IMG/VR virus record: IMGVR_UViG_3300020280_000115
Location: 1 to 29,648 of that record
Reading direction: 5' to 3' (one strand)
Length of the DNA stretch: 29,648 bases
From: a virus
Lineage: Duplodnaviria; Caudoviricetes
Shown: piece by piece, positions 18,516 through 26,795 of the stretch
Numbering within the stretch: position 1 is the stretch's first letter
Layout of the letters: each line of letters opens with the position of its first letter
Translations under genes and position numbers: made by a program
Notes under the pieces: generated by a model
What the model was told of the DNA's origin: nothing
Databases searched by the model: none
What the model saw: only the letters and a program-made list of their open reading frames with translations

Positions 18516-18544
18516 ATTATAGCAATTTTAGTCGTCGTTGTCAA
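18516..18544 (-). promoter_or_regulatory. Consensus sigma70 promoter with extended -10
   Basis: TTGACA-N17-TATAAT with TGn before the -10; only 5 nt separate it from ATG 18510. Confidence 0.85.
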
Positions 18545-19040
18545 CGTCAATTACCGTATCTCCTACATATTCAGACCAATCAGTGTAGTGCATATGTTCT
18601 GTGATCTGTTTTAAGTTTTTACTCCAAACACCTGTGTTTGAATGTCCCCACGTCACATCATCAATTTTCAGTGTTGTGTTTTTATTCAACTTGTATATGT
18701 TTGGTATTTTAGCACTTACCATTGGAATGAATCTTTCATATTTCATTAGTCCTGTATCTGTCACTGTTTCGATATATTCTATACCAAAGTCTAGGGTCAC
18801 CCAGTACTTGTCTTCTAATAATTCCTGTATCACAGTCTTAAATTTTTCGTTGCCATCATAACTTTGACTTGTTCCAAAGTATATGTGTTTGCAATTATGA
18901 TGATCAGCCAGGTCTTTTATTTCTTTTGAGTCCCGTGTGCCAACAACAAAAAGTGTTCTAAAACCTTTTGCTATTGTATTTTCTATTTCATCACCAACGA
19001 AGTATACAACTTGTTTTCTTTTGTTTGTGTCTAAAGCCAT
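18528..19040 (-). CDS. Hypothetical protein in the deazaguanine locus
   Basis: 170 aa alpha/beta-looking ORF (TLFVVG, HIYFG, KIDD, GVWS). Confidence 0.8.
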   Translation of the reverse strand: MALDTNKRKQVVYFVGDEIENTIAKGFRTLFVVGTRDSKEIKDLADHHNCKHIYFGTSQSYDGNEKFKTVIQELLEDKYWVTLDFGIEYIETVTDTGLMKYERFIPMVSAKIPNIYKLNKNTTLKIDDVTWGHSNTGVWSKNLKQITEHMHYTDWSEYVGDTVIDVDNDD

Positions 19041-19933
19041 TCAATATATCCTCTGTTATAACCTGGCATTCTTTGATTGCCTTCTTTGAAAGCATCTTGC
19101 CATTCTGTTTCTCTCTCATATCCTTTGCTCCAAAATCCGCTTATATCTAACGCACCTGTTTCAATCATTTTTACTGCCATCTTCATACATCTTTGAAAAT
19201 CTTTTTGTCTTGGACTTGGAAATATCACTGTTGCCGCATTCCATAATAGTTTGTCAAACGTTGTTGTGATGCCATTTGATTTTTCAGCACCCAGCACTAC
19301 CAAACCCTGTGGCATTACTAAATCTTGTTTGAATACTTCATCTCTTGTGTTAAGATCAACAACTATATCATAAGGTCCATCTACCTTGTCTTTTAATTTG
19401 TCTTCCCACAGTTCTTTGTTGCTACTGCCTAACACATCCACATCAAAGAAATAATGTGCATTTAGATATTGATATACTACCCATGCTAGAAAACCACTGC
19501 CAATTATTAAAAGTTTAGCACCTTTAACATTACGTTTTTCAAATTGCATTTCATCTTGCATAACAACATTTAAACCACAAGCCACTGGTTCAATGATGTA
19601 TTTAGGGTCAAGCCTTGGAACTTTTACATAAGTTCCTGCACGGGCATTGTATTCATCTGCGTATGCAGGCTCTCCTCTTGTTGCAACTAAATCTCCTTCT
19701 TGCACGTCTTTCACATCTTTACCACACTCTAGCACTTCGCCAAGTCCTTCATGTCCTTGCATTTCCAATGGTAAAGGACCAAACTTTCCATTCATCATAT
19801 CTATGTCACTTCTGCACACACCAGTCATTTTTGCCTGTACACGTATTTCATTGTCTTTTATGTCTGGCAATTCGAATTCTTTTTCTGCAAAAGAACCATT
19901 ACCTTCAGTGTAAAGTATTTTCACGGTCTTCAC
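19031..19933 (-). CDS. Zn-dependent medium-chain (polyol/sugar) dehydrogenase
   Basis: GVCRSD, GHEGLGEV, IEPVACG, IIGSGFLA; lacks the four-Cys structural Zn lobe. Confidence 0.88.
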   Translation of the reverse strand: MKTVKILYTEGNGSFAEKEFELPDIKDNEIRVQAKMTGVCRSDIDMMNGKFGPLPLEMQGHEGLGEVLECGKDVKDVQEGDLVATRGEPAYADEYNARAGTYVKVPRLDPKYIIEPVACGLNVVMQDEMQFEKRNVKGAKLLIIGSGFLAWVVYQYLNAHYFFDVDVLGSSNKELWEDKLKDKVDGPYDIVVDLNTRDEVFKQDLVMPQGLVVLGAEKSNGITTTFDKLLWNAATVIFPSPRQKDFQRCMKMAVKMIETGALDISGFWSKGYERETEWQDAFKEGNQRMPGYNRGYIEWL

Positions 19934-20816
19934 TTAATAACTCCTGTATCCATAAATCTATTTCTATTTGTTTGCTCCAAAACATTTCATCTTCTTGATG
20001 TATAATTGCATTACGTATCATTTCCTTGTATGCATTTTCAGGACATAATCCTAATTGCACTGATTCGCCATTGCTTTCTCCATTTTTATAAAAATGCATA
20101 GCAACATCATCTCCAAACGGACTTTTCCAACTTGCCATCAATATAAAAGTTTTATCACCATTGGATAAGACCATTTCCGTTTGATCGGGCACATTGTATA
20201 CTCCATCCTTGTTTATCTTTCCATAATCAGTGCTAGTGCAATCTTTCAATGTATATTTTTGTTCTGTTGTAAATTTTTTTACACTATAATCTTTGTATGT
20301 CGGTCCAGCCATTGCAACAAATAAACTTATTAGATGTGGCAGTAGATCCTTTTCTACTCCTCCCATTGCAAATTTTTTATCTGTAAACCAAGTACCAGGA
20401 TTGGGTATCCTATCCTTATTGATCCAGTTTATTTGTATGACATCGCTTGTTAATGACCTGTCATACATCTCTTTGATGTTATCACGCCACATATTGTTTT
20501 TTGTCATCATAAATTTTGTAGGTTTGTTTAGATTGTTTAATATACGCCAATGATTTGTTGATTCAACTCCTGGCTTTTCTATAAAAACAATTTTCGTATG
20601 TGGAGCAACTTTCTGTGCTATCTTGAAATGCAAATGGTTAGGCACACAAATATGAGCAGTATCAAATGGACTGTGTGTTGCTAGAGCAGTTGTTAATTCA
20701 ATAAAGTCGGCTTTTTTAGATTGATCTCTGTCCACAGTGATTACGTCATGCCCCATACCTGTAAGGACATCCTTGTATAACTGACCAAATCCCATACCAA
20801 CTATTAAACTTTTCAT
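19905..20816 (-). CDS. Gfo/Idh/MocA-family oxidoreductase
   Basis: IVGMGFG, ICVPNHLH, FIEKPG, GGVEKDLLPH. Confidence 0.88.
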   Translation of the reverse strand: MKSLIVGMGFGQLYKDVLTGMGHDVITVDRDQSKKADFIELTTALATHSPFDTAHICVPNHLHFKIAQKVAPHTKIVFIEKPGVESTNHWRILNNLNKPTKFMMTKNNMWRDNIKEMYDRSLTSDVIQINWINKDRIPNPGTWFTDKKFAMGGVEKDLLPHLISLFVAMAGPTYKDYSVKKFTTEQKYTLKDCTSTDYGKINKDGVYNVPDQTEMVLSNGDKTFILMASWKSPFGDDVAMHFYKNGESNGESVQLGLCPENAYKEMIRNAIIHQEDEMFWSKQIEIDLWIQELLSEDRENTLH

Positions 20817-21010
20817 CTTTCTATCGATCTTTTCATATTATCCAATTGTGTTTTTAAAAACAATTTAATTTTTTTAAATTTTACTAATATGTGTTTACCG
20901 TCCCAACTTCTGTCATAGTCACGTTCTGCTTCCATTTCTACAACTTTCTTTTTGTACCAGTCGTATTCTTTCTGCACTGCCTTTATCTTTTTACTTCGTA
21001 CTTTTGCCAT
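20813..21010 (-). CDS. Small basic hypothetical protein (likely start MAKV)
   Basis: GAGGAGG RBS before ATG 21010. Confidence 0.65.
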   Translation of the reverse strand: MAKVRSKKIKAVQKEYDWYKKKVVEMEAERDYDRSWDGKHILVKFKKIKLFLKTQLDNMKRSIER

Positions 21011-21011
21011 A

Positions 21012-22487
21012 TTATACCTCCTCGAATAAGTTTCCAAATTGTGTAGAAGCATTCACAGTTTTCTTACCTGTTGCTCCTCTTGTTCCTATAATTGACATCC
21101 AGAATCTACTAAACTCTTCAATGACTGCGTTTGCCTCATCTCTATCGCTTGTGGCAAATATTGCATTTACAATATCTTTAAATGCAATCCTATCAAACTT
21201 TTCTTCTACTAACATATGAGGATTGATTCCTTTGTCATATGCTTCATTGGCTTCTTGCACTGCCTTGATATGCATCCAAACATTGTGCGCCATTTGTAGT
21301 GTGTAACTAAAACTATCCCAACTTGTTTTAGGATCATTTTTCATTTTGTTTAAATCACCTGGATTGTAGCAAGTAATATCTTTCAACATTAATCTTTCAC
21401 TTACAGGACTATCTCTAAATGCAGGAAATATGCCTTTGTCTAATACAGCCTCTTTAAATGGTCTAGTATCTTTTGCAAATGCTTTGTCATCTGCACTAGG
21501 CATCATTCTATAGACCCATTTCTTTTTGTCCTTAATTTCTATATCTGTGTACACTTGTCCATTTGCACTTGCTAGGAAAGGACTTGCACAATCAAATGTA
21601 ATCATAAAGTTTTCATTATGATACTTTCTAATTGCTCTTTGTACATCTGTCAATAGCACTGCCCATTCCAATTTACTTGTACCTAAGAAGTGCATTACAT
21701 CATGTTTGCCTTTTTCAAGCAATCCATCAAATCTTAATGCAACCAAACGTTTTAGTGCCAAATGTATATCGCACATATTTTGTCCGCCCATTGCCCAACC
21801 GTTGAAGTGATCTGTATATTTCTTAGGATCACAATAATCTTTCATTTGAAGATACCAATCATCTGCTTGTTGGAAGTTTTCGCCTTGAAGCACATTTAAG
21901 AACTTGCAATTACCATTTCTGTTCTTCATAAAGTAATCATTGTTTATTCTTGTGCCATCAACTGCTTCTTGATAAGAATTGATATTACTTGCTTTTGCGC
22001 CTTGAGGAGACCGCGACACCCAAGCGGGAATATCAAGTATCATACCATAGTCCATATTTCCGTCCATGAACTCAAGCACCTGTTCTCTTTTCTTTTTGGC
22101 TTTAGGACAAGTTGGATCTTTCCAATCTCCTTCCCAAACACCTTTACCAATCTGGAAACCACCCGAATCACCTAGCACCCAATTATCTTTTCTATCTCTG
22201 TTTCTTATGATATCATCTCTCACAGAAAAGTGTTTCATATTCAAGTCGGCGTGTCCTGCCGAATATAAATGCCACTTGTAATAGAAATAAGTGTCCTTTG
22301 GTTTCATATAGTTTAAACCTTCAACGCCATGTTCAAAGTTTTGCGGAACTCTCTTAGGCAAGATGTAATCTTCTTCATGCCTTGCCTTACCTAAGTCCCT
22401 AGCAAAGAAACTGCTCATAGCAGGAAGGAACGTTGCGTAATCCTTCTGCTTGTCAGTTAAACTATCTGTTGGTATCTTCTTATCCAT
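21012..22487 (-). CDS. dpdA: DpdA (DpdA2-like) 7-deazaguanine DNA transglycosylase, TGT fold
   Basis: LGDSGGFQ, MILDIP, NVLQG, GWAMGG, HFLG, TFDCASPF TGT motifs; co-located with folE/queE in a phage replication region. Confidence 0.85.
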   Translation of the reverse strand: MDKKIPTDSLTDKQKDYATFLPAMSSFFARDLGKARHEEDYILPKRVPQNFEHGVEGLNYMKPKDTYFYYKWHLYSAGHADLNMKHFSVRDDIIRNRDRKDNWVLGDSGGFQIGKGVWEGDWKDPTCPKAKKKREQVLEFMDGNMDYGMILDIPAWVSRSPQGAKASNINSYQEAVDGTRINNDYFMKNRNGNCKFLNVLQGENFQQADDWYLQMKDYCDPKKYTDHFNGWAMGGQNMCDIHLALKRLVALRFDGLLEKGKHDVMHFLGTSKLEWAVLLTDVQRAIRKYHNENFMITFDCASPFLASANGQVYTDIEIKDKKKWVYRMMPSADDKAFAKDTRPFKEAVLDKGIFPAFRDSPVSERLMLKDITCYNPGDLNKMKNDPKTSWDSFSYTLQMAHNVWMHIKAVQEANEAYDKGINPHMLVEEKFDRIAFKDIVNAIFATSDRDEANAVIEEFSRFWMSIIGTRGATGKKTVNASTQFGNLFEEV

Positions 22488-22490
22488 ATA

Positions 22491-23219
22491 CTACTTTGTT
22501 TGTGCAGGCAGTATGTAATCATATTGACCAATGCCACTATCTACACTTATTTTCATTGCTCCTTGATCTGATATACTCATTTTGATTCTACCATCGAGAC
22601 TCAATATACTAATAACTTGTTGTATAGGCCAACTCCAAGAATTTTTTAAATCACTGGATACGTTAGTTTCAAATATAAAAGAACCTGCGTGTGAGTTTGC
22701 GTCACCAAAGTAAAATACTAAATTATTGTTTTCAGTTTTTACTGTGAACACAGTTTCTTCAACGTGTGCCGCCGCTTGTAGTTTTAGTCTAGCAATCGCC
22801 GCCACTCTTGGTTCAAACTCTATGTCCCAAGTTGTTCCTTTAAATTTCACAGATTTTAATTTTTCATTTATGATTTCAGTGCTCATAAATCTGTAATCAT
22901 TTTTAAAATCCTTTCCAGCATTCTCGAAGTGAATGTGTGTTGGAATAGTTTTGCCATTTCTTTCCGCTGACTTAACTTCTATCTTTGCGTCCTTTTGATA
23001 TTCAGGACATTTCAAGTGAAGTGCCAACTTATCTAAGTTCGGCATACCAAACACACCATCAAATTCATTAACTTTGTTGTTTGTGTTTGCTGATAGTATC
23101 ACTGATCTATCTTCAGCCATACTTTCTATTTTTGTTTGTTCCTCATTAGACACTTTAACTAAACTTAAAAAGCCTAGCGAATGTGTATGAGCAACTATGT
23201 CTTGTAAGATGTCTTTCAT
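22491..23219 (-). CDS. Sliding clamp (gp45-like)
   Basis: 242 aa, beta-rich two-domain pattern ending YDYILPAQ; located two genes from the DNA polymerase. Confidence 0.7.
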   Translation of the reverse strand: MKDILQDIVAHTHSLGFLSLVKVSNEEQTKIESMAEDRSVILSANTNNKVNEFDGVFGMPNLDKLALHLKCPEYQKDAKIEVKSAERNGKTIPTHIHFENAGKDFKNDYRFMSTEIINEKLKSVKFKGTTWDIEFEPRVAAIARLKLQAAAHVEETVFTVKTENNNLVFYFGDANSHAGSFIFETNVSSDLKNSWSWPIQQVISILSLDGRIKMSISDQGAMKISVDSGIGQYDYILPAQTK

Positions 23220-23239
23220 TATTTTCTCCTCATAGTTAC

Positions 23240-23268
23240 ATTATATTTAGGTTTTGGCGAAAAGTCAA
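23240..23268 (-). promoter_or_regulatory. Sigma70-type promoter for the clamp-dpdA operon
   Basis: TTGACT-N17-TATAAT, with CTAAATA overlapping the -10; GAGGAG RBS downstream. Confidence 0.85.
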
Positions 23269-23280
23269 TCACGAATCCTA

Positions 23281-23820
23281 TCATCTTTTCTTTACTCCAA
23301 AACGTTTATATGCCTTTTGGACACTCTTTGCCTGGAAATAACAATCAGCAAGTGCATTGTGCAAATCCATTTGTATCGATTTCCTTGGGTCTTCAGGTAG
23401 CATACCAAATAGTGTTCTACTATCTCGTATCTGCCAATAGTTCCAAGGCACAGGCGTATTCAATTGTGCATATAAATTTTGTAAGATTGCGTAGTCAAAT
23501 AATGGACCTTGACACCAAAGTTCATCTAGTCCTACACACCATTTGTTAAGTTGTCTAACAAATTCTGTTAATTGCACTCTGTCCTCATCTCCGAGTGCTT
23601 CATTTCTAATTTTTTCATCTTGTTTTGCCCACCACTCTAATGTTCCTTGATCGACATGACGATCCAGTTCGCTTTGCTCGTCAACATTCAATCTTAGATA
23701 TAATCCGCTATGTGGTTCTACATCAGTATATGGATCAAATTTAATTGCTCCTACTGTCAACACGGTAGCGTCTGGTCTAGTGCTTAATGTTTCCAAGTCT
23801 ATCATTCCGTGTGTAGCCAT
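23281..23820 (-). CDS. DEDDh 3'-5' exonuclease
   Basis: MIDLETL, QGPLFD, RDSRT, HNALADC. Confidence 0.9.
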   Translation of the reverse strand: MATHGMIDLETLSTRPDATVLTVGAIKFDPYTDVEPHSGLYLRLNVDEQSELDRHVDQGTLEWWAKQDEKIRNEALGDEDRVQLTEFVRQLNKWCVGLDELWCQGPLFDYAILQNLYAQLNTPVPWNYWQIRDSRTLFGMLPEDPRKSIQMDLHNALADCYFQAKSVQKAYKRFGVKKR

Positions 23821-26490
23821 CTATCCTCCAAAGTCAAATAAGTTGTTGAATGTGTTTTTGCTTTCAGTCGACTTGATATCCCAACCAAGTACTCCCAATA
23901 AATTTCCTAGTTTGTTATCTATAAGTGTGCTTTCCATAGCATCGTTATCAAACGGAAGTTCTTTGAACCAATTTGGTATGTGCATTTCATCTGTTGGGTA
24001 CGCAACAGAAGTATACTCCAATGGATTCTTTTTTAGTTTACACACAATAACTTTCATACCATCGTGTATTTCCATTGAGTATTTGTCACTATGCATTTTC
24101 TTTAAGTTGTTCCAATTTAAACTTGCTCTCACGTGTCCAGGCATATTTGCTTTTCCTAGTCGTGCTTCTTTTTTAGCATACTCTTGAATATTGTTTGCTC
24201 TACGTGGTGATCCTTTTTCCCAACCAGGTCTTTGCTTGAATTCATTTCTAAATTGACTTATCCTATCCAAAACTTCTGCTTCGGTCTTTTTAGTCAATAC
24301 CATCAGCAATAATTCATTTAAGAAGTCTTGTATGAACAAAGGAGTATCTGATCTTTTCAAATCAAGGCCCATTGCTTTTATTTTGCCAGGCTTATCTTCA
24401 ACGTCTTGTCTGTAACCTTCCAAGTCATAGATCAGTATCGCATATCTTTTCTTTGTTATGAAAAGTCCTGTCTCGGCAACAGATTCTCTACCTGCCTGTA
24501 TAACCTCTGCTCTGCTTTTCAAACAATGGAAAGCCTCTGCCATAAACTTTTTAAAACTGCCATTAACTTCTTCACACACCTGATCATATAACTTTATTAC
24601 ACTTTCCTTAGTCCAAGGTATACTGCCATCGTTAATTTCTTTTTTCAATACTTCATACGCACTAAAATAAGCGGAGTCTGTGTCACCATATATAATTGCT
24701 TTGCCAACATGATTGTATTCACCTGTGATCACTTCATTAATTTTTGCCGCCATGTGTTTGCTAATTTGTCTGCCTGATAGTGTAGTTGATTGTCCTATAC
24801 GTTTGTCAAAGAATCTACAACCTGGATTTAATATTGCACCATACAGTGAATTTAAGTTAATCTTTTTTACAAGTTGTCTCTTGTCCCAAAATTCTATTTC
24901 TGCATCGTTACTTGCCTCTTTGGCTTTCTTCAACATACCTTGCATTTCTTTTCTTTCCTTGTACCAACGTGCAAGTAGTCCTGGAATCACTCCTTCAAAT
25001 TCGCTTGTGAATATTGTGCCATTGGCACTTAACATCATAGGATTATTGCTGTCGAATACCATCTTGTATATTTCAGCACCACTCATGATCTCTGATTTGC
25101 CATCTTCCCAATCTACGTGTATAGAAATGTCTTTGCGTTGTTCCATCACTGCATCATATTCTAAAGAACCAAAATGATTCTCCCAAGCACCTGCGAATGA
25201 TTTCTTCTGTAAAGTCATTTGTTCTTCAATGTATTCATCTGTGTGACTAGGTCTCAATTGTCCCATTACACATTCGGGAGCCATATTCAATGCTCTAATT
25301 ACTGAAGGATATAGTGAATTAATATCCATTGATCCTATCCAATCATGCAATCCTTTTTTAGGAAATGCCACATATGCACCTGCGGCAGTTGTGCTGTCCG
25401 AATCTCTTTTTGGTCTATTAGGAACTTGTACTCCTCTTCTGTGTGCTTCGTTGATGATCGCCTGTTCCGTCACCGCAACTGCACCTAGTGTGGTTTGTAA
25501 CAGAACTGTGTTTGCGTGTGCAAGTTCATTTGTTAGTGCAATAAATTTTAATTTTCTATCTAATTTGTCGATAAGATTAACATCTTGTCTGTTGTATTCT
25601 ATGAATGTTCTGAAATCTTGATTGTATAATTGATCTAAACTCCCTTCATAGACTGTTTTCTTTTCTCCTAATTCATGTTCGCCGATAGCATCTAATCTGT
25701 ACGAATGTCTTTCTTCATATGTGTATTTTCTATAAAGTTCTAATGAATCTAAATGAACTCTACCTACTAGGTCGTATGTTTCTTGTTCACGACCAAATCT
25801 TTCAAATACTCTTTTCTTAGGCAGTTGTTTCCATAAGCAAAGTTTTCTTGTGTCATCTTTGCTTAGGATTTTTTGTATTCTGTTTACTACATAAGGAATA
25901 TCATAACCTTCTGAGTTCCAACCACTTATTACATCAGCATCTTGGATAACATCTAAAAATGCTGTCAGCATTTCTCCCTCGTCTTTGTAGAGATATAAAT
26001 TATCAATTCCTTTTGTGACTTCTTGTGCTTCTTCAATACTCATTGTCTTAGGTGGCAAAGCGAAAGTGACTGTGCTATCTAGCCATTGCAAATTGACAGT
26101 GATTGCAGTTATAGGCATAAATGGATCACTTGGATTGCTGAATCCTTTTTCCGGATCAAAGTCTGCTTCTATATCAAAGAAAGCAGTTCTTAATTCTGGA
26201 GCATCGCGATTCAAATAGTTTTCGCTCAAGCATTGGAATATTGGATTTATGTCTGATTCGAATAAATTTTTGTTTCTATTAATTGCAAGTTCTTTATGGA
26301 AATCTTTTGTAGTCTTAGAAATAATTCTGTTTAAGGATTTACCCGTGGTGCTTTTGTATTTGCCTCTTGGGTCTTCATAATAAAATGTGTATTTGATTGG
26401 ATATTCTTTGAAAACTCTTTCGCCATTTTGACGTTCAACTATTCTTATGAGATCTGCACCTCTGTCAAAATAACCATCTATGTAACTCAT
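23821..26490 (-). CDS. polB: Family B DNA polymerase (gp43-like)
   Basis: ExoI FFDIEAD, ExoII WNSEGYDIPY, ExoIII YNRQD, DINSLYPS, KINLNSLYG, YGDTDS, KKRY. Confidence 0.97.
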   Translation of the reverse strand: MSYIDGYFDRGADLIRIVERQNGERVFKEYPIKYTFYYEDPRGKYKSTTGKSLNRIISKTTKDFHKELAINRNKNLFESDINPIFQCLSENYLNRDAPELRTAFFDIEADFDPEKGFSNPSDPFMPITAITVNLQWLDSTVTFALPPKTMSIEEAQEVTKGIDNLYLYKDEGEMLTAFLDVIQDADVISGWNSEGYDIPYVVNRIQKILSKDDTRKLCLWKQLPKKRVFERFGREQETYDLVGRVHLDSLELYRKYTYEERHSYRLDAIGEHELGEKKTVYEGSLDQLYNQDFRTFIEYNRQDVNLIDKLDRKLKFIALTNELAHANTVLLQTTLGAVAVTEQAIINEAHRRGVQVPNRPKRDSDSTTAAGAYVAFPKKGLHDWIGSMDINSLYPSVIRALNMAPECVMGQLRPSHTDEYIEEQMTLQKKSFAGAWENHFGSLEYDAVMEQRKDISIHVDWEDGKSEIMSGAEIYKMVFDSNNPMMLSANGTIFTSEFEGVIPGLLARWYKERKEMQGMLKKAKEASNDAEIEFWDKRQLVKKINLNSLYGAILNPGCRFFDKRIGQSTTLSGRQISKHMAAKINEVITGEYNHVGKAIIYGDTDSAYFSAYEVLKKEINDGSIPWTKESVIKLYDQVCEEVNGSFKKFMAEAFHCLKSRAEVIQAGRESVAETGLFITKKRYAILIYDLEGYRQDVEDKPGKIKAMGLDLKRSDTPLFIQDFLNELLLMVLTKKTEAEVLDRISQFRNEFKQRPGWEKGSPRRANNIQEYAKKEARLGKANMPGHVRASLNWNNLKKMHSDKYSMEIHDGMKVIVCKLKKNPLEYTSVAYPTDEMHIPNWFKELPFDNDAMESTLIDNKLGNLLGVLGWDIKSTESKNTFNNLFDFGG

Positions 26491-26502
26491 TTATTCTCCT
26501 AA

Positions 26503-26548
26503 TGTCATTTGTGGCTGACACATACCTAATAATCACTTGTGGCTGATT
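26503..26548 (-). promoter_or_regulatory. Tandem RNA hairpins upstream of the polymerase RBS (putative translational operator)
   Basis: AATCA-GCCACAAG-TGATT and TGTCA-GCCACAAA-TGACA, followed by TTAGGAGAATAAATG. Confidence 0.7.
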
Positions 26549-26552
26549 GGGC

Positions 26553-26795
26553 CTAACGCAAATAAAATAACATTATACCGCCTATTCCGGTAATTGTCAA
26601 TACTGCATTTGTAGTTATCAGTGCCGGCTCTTTCCAAATCACCGAAACGACTAACCAAATTACTCCTCCTAGTGCTAGAAGCATTGGACCTATCGGGTAA
26701 AGATGAGGAAATCCTGCATTAACGAAAGTTCCTACAATTAAAGTAAATGTAGCAACCCATTTTAAAATTTGATCAATTTTGTTCATACTTGTCAA
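26553..26795 (-). CDS. Small membrane protein
   Basis: 80 aa with about three hydrophobic segments. Confidence 0.75.
   Translation of the reverse strand: MTSMNKIDQILKWVATFTLIVGTFVNAGFPHLYPIGPMLLALGGVIWLVVSVIWKEPALITTNAVLTITGIGGIMLFYLR

Noticed and set aside
21012-22487. Calling this gene a tRNA-guanine transglycosylase (tgt) for queuosine
   Set aside because: It is longer and divergent, lacks the C-terminal CxCxxC zinc site of bacterial Tgt, and sits in a phage DNA replication operon; DpdA fits better, though a tRNA target is not formally excluded.
23821-26490. Intein or intron in the DNA polymerase
   Set aside because: Continuous 889-aa ORF with all motifs and no intein splice or homing endonuclease signatures.
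26503-26548. Repeat pair as a mini CRISPR array
   Set aside because: Only two 18-nt imperfect units with a 10-nt gap and no cas genes; covariation points to RNA hairpins.
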